From a virus (Duplodnaviria > Heunggongvirae > Uroviricota > Caudoviricetes): 7,771 nt of DNA. The position numbers and the translations under genes are program-made. Every line of letters begins with the position of its first letter. Within the stretch, counting starts at the first letter, position 1. Below the pieces are notes generated by a model. The model saw only the letters and a program-made list of their open reading frames with translations, was not told the origin of the DNA and did not search any database. This document shows positions 6,461 through 7,771 of the stretch, piece by piece. The DNA lies in the IMG/VR virus record IMGVR_UViG_2740892422_000009, positions 1-7,771 of that record; one strand, written 5' to 3'.

Positions 6461-7328
6461 ATGACCACTTTTTGTTTGGATTTCGTTGGTGAGCGTGGTT
6501 TACAGGATTATTTGATATACCCCATAACTCTGACTCGCTTATCTCTACACGAGAGAAAGACCTGCTTTCTTTCAGTTCTTTTATAAACCTAGAACCTACG
6601 ATGACATCTATTGTCCCAGAAAGTTCTTGTAAAAGATCTTTGTTTTTTCTGAGGAAGAAAACATCTTCTTTATATTTAATTTTTACATAGAATTTATTCT
6701 GTATTTTTAATATATCAAAGCATGGCAGATATCTATATCCCTCATGCTTTCGCCACTGCTTAACAATTATAACATCTCTTTCATTTACTGCATTAATCAG
6801 CCCAAGACCAAGTATAGGTATGAATATTCTATTGTCTGCCGAAAGCGTACAATTATCACCACCAGGCAAATATGTATAAATCATGTCGGAATTTTTATAC
6901 GCATCAACGAATGCACGTAAGAATCGTACATATTTTTGCCATCCGTTTATACCAAATTTACCATATAAGTATTCTTTATTTGTTAGAAGAAAACTATTTG
7001 TATCAGGAGCCTTATCTACAGACCTGTCGATAAGATCTCCAACTACGTTTACAAAGTCAAAGACAGAGTTTAATAAGAACAATTGTCTTTCAGTCGGGCG
7101 AATTTCAATTATGTAGCCTGGATGAAGACGATATTGCATCTGCTTACGAAGTATACTGAACGCTTGGGTCCGGGCATCTGAAAGCAACTTCCTGTCGCCA
7201 TCGCCGTGAGCATTGTTTCTAATAAAACTGATATAATTTGCTAATTTTTCAGCCTCTTTTTTGTGTTTTTTTCGCTCTGATGCTGAGTCTATTGGTTTTG
7301 GTATGGACTTGTAATCAATTTTCTTCAT
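6459..7328 (-). CDS. Novel A+T-rich hypothetical protein in the N-to-ea10 hotspot (289 aa from ATG 7326-7328; 293 aa from ATG 7338-7340); candidate superinfection-exclusion or abortive-infection gene
   Basis: A long uninterrupted ORF of very low GC (6661-6720 has 9 G+C in 60 nt, against 38 in 60 for bet at 4741-4800). GAGG lies 6 nt upstream of ATG 7326-7328. The alternative ATG at 7338-7340 overlaps the N stop as ATGA. It occupies the slot held by ral/sieB in lambda but is unrelated to either. I see no Walker A motif, transmembrane helix or signal peptide. Confidence 0.7.
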   Translation of the reverse strand: MKKIDYKSIPKPIDSASERKKHKKEAEKLANYISFIRNNAHGDGDRKLLSDARTQAFSILRKQMQYRLHPGYIIEIRPTERQLFLLNSVFDFVNVVGDLIDRSVDKAPDTNSFLLTNKEYLYGKFGINGWQKYVRFLRAFVDAYKNSDMIYTYLPGGDNCTLSADNRIFIPILGLGLINAVNERDVIIVKQWRKHEGYRYLPCFDILKIQNKFYVKIKYKEDVFFLRKNKDLLQELSGTIDVIVGSRFIKELKESRSFSRVEISESELWGISNNPVNHAHQRNPNKKWS

Positions 7329-7336
7329 TACGTACC

Positions 7337-7660
7337 TCATGCCAATGGAATGGATTTCCCTTTAACCTTTTGTCTTCCTTGACAAGTTATACCGAACTCA
7401 CTTGGCTTGCTATACCAAACTCGATGATTCTTGCGCTCAATACGTTGCAGGTTGCTTTCAATCTGTTCGTGGTATTCAGCCAGCACCGTAAGGTCTATCG
7501 GATTCAGTGCGCTTTCTACTCGTGATTTCGGTTTGCGATTCAGCGAGAGAATAGGGCGGTTAACTGGTTTTGCGCTTACCCCAACCAACAGGGGATTTGC
7601 TGCTTTCCATTGAGCCTGTTTCTCTGCGCGACGTTCGCGGCGGCGTGTTTGTGCATCCAT
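7337..7660 (-). CDS. N: N antitermination protein (107 aa)
   Basis: From ATG 7658-7660: MDAQTRRRERRAEKQAQWKAANPLLVGVSAKPVNRPILSLNRKPKSRVESALNPIDLTVLAEYHEQIESNLQRIERKNHRVWYSKPSEFGITCQGRQKVKGKSIPLA. The arginine-rich boxB-binding motif and N-terminal two-thirds match lambda N as recalled, with substitutions clustered in the C-terminal third. The track ORF (144 aa) is an in-frame extension into the leader. TGA stop at 7337-7339. Confidence 0.95.
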   Translation of the reverse strand: MDAQTRRRERRAEKQAQWKAANPLLVGVSAKPVNRPILSLNRKPKSRVESALNPIDLTVLAEYHEQIESNLQRIERKNHRVWYSKPSEFGITCQGRQKVKGKSIPLA

Positions 7661-7771
7661 CTGGATTCTCTTGTCAGTTAGGGAAGGTGCGAATAAGCAG
7701 GTCATTTCTTCCCAAGCTGACTCGCTGATTAAAATTTCGCGGATCTGGGCCGATTTTTTTCCCGCAAACAC
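7661..7771 (-). promoter_or_regulatory. Partial N leader (5' UTR of the pL transcript); nutL and pL are expected just beyond the window edge
   Basis: The minus strand reads …TAACTGACAAGAGAATCCAG-ATG. This matches the lambda N ribosome-binding region as recalled, except AAGAG replaces AGGAG. No lambda-type boxB (GCCCTGAAGAAGGGC) is present in the 111 nt available, consistent with nutL lying about 150 nt upstream of the N start. Confidence 0.4.

Noticed and set aside
7337-7771. 144-aa version of the N ORF; likewise the 89-aa Kil extension (5553..5822) and the 93-aa start of 3079..3360
   Set aside because: The extensions run through the leader or the upstream gene with no Shine-Dalgarno. For N and kil, the internal ATGs (7658-7660 and 5694-5696) give the known protein N-termini (MDAQTRRRERR and MDQTLMAIQ); the 93-aa case is judged only on its missing Shine-Dalgarno and Cys/His-rich N-terminus.
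1-7771. CRISPR arrays, IS elements or transposases, rRNA or tRNA genes
   Set aside because: There are no regularly spaced direct repeats, no terminal inverted repeats flanking a transposase-like ORF, and no rRNA or tRNA structure. The only repeats are short hairpins and palindromes, annotated above.

Overview
This window is the leftward early (pL) operon of a lambda-like temperate phage or prophage, with every supported gene on the minus strand. Reading in the direction of transcription (high to low coordinates): partial N leader, N, a novel A+T-rich 289/293-aa ORF, ea10, cIII, kil, gam, bet, exo, orf60a-like and orf63-like small genes, a 71-aa ORF, a TraR/DksA-type zinc-finger gene, an 83-aa ORF followed by an in-frame TGA and 52 more open codons, an A+T-rich secreted-protein gene, a short UmuD-like remnant, a Cys-rich 112-aa ORF, an A+T-rich 142-aa ORF, and an AlpA/excisionase-like gene. 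The Red recombination core (exo-bet-gam-kil-cIII-ea10-N) is recognised from recalled phage lambda protein sequences; nothing here was searched against a database. The strongest candidate for something undescribed is the 289/293-aa ORF at 6459..7340, which sits where lambda carries its ral/sieB exclusion genes and matches no family I can recognise. No rRNA, tRNA, CRISPR array, transposase or IS element was found. Several intrinsic-terminator-like hairpins lie between genes on the minus strand, as expected for an N-antiterminated operon.
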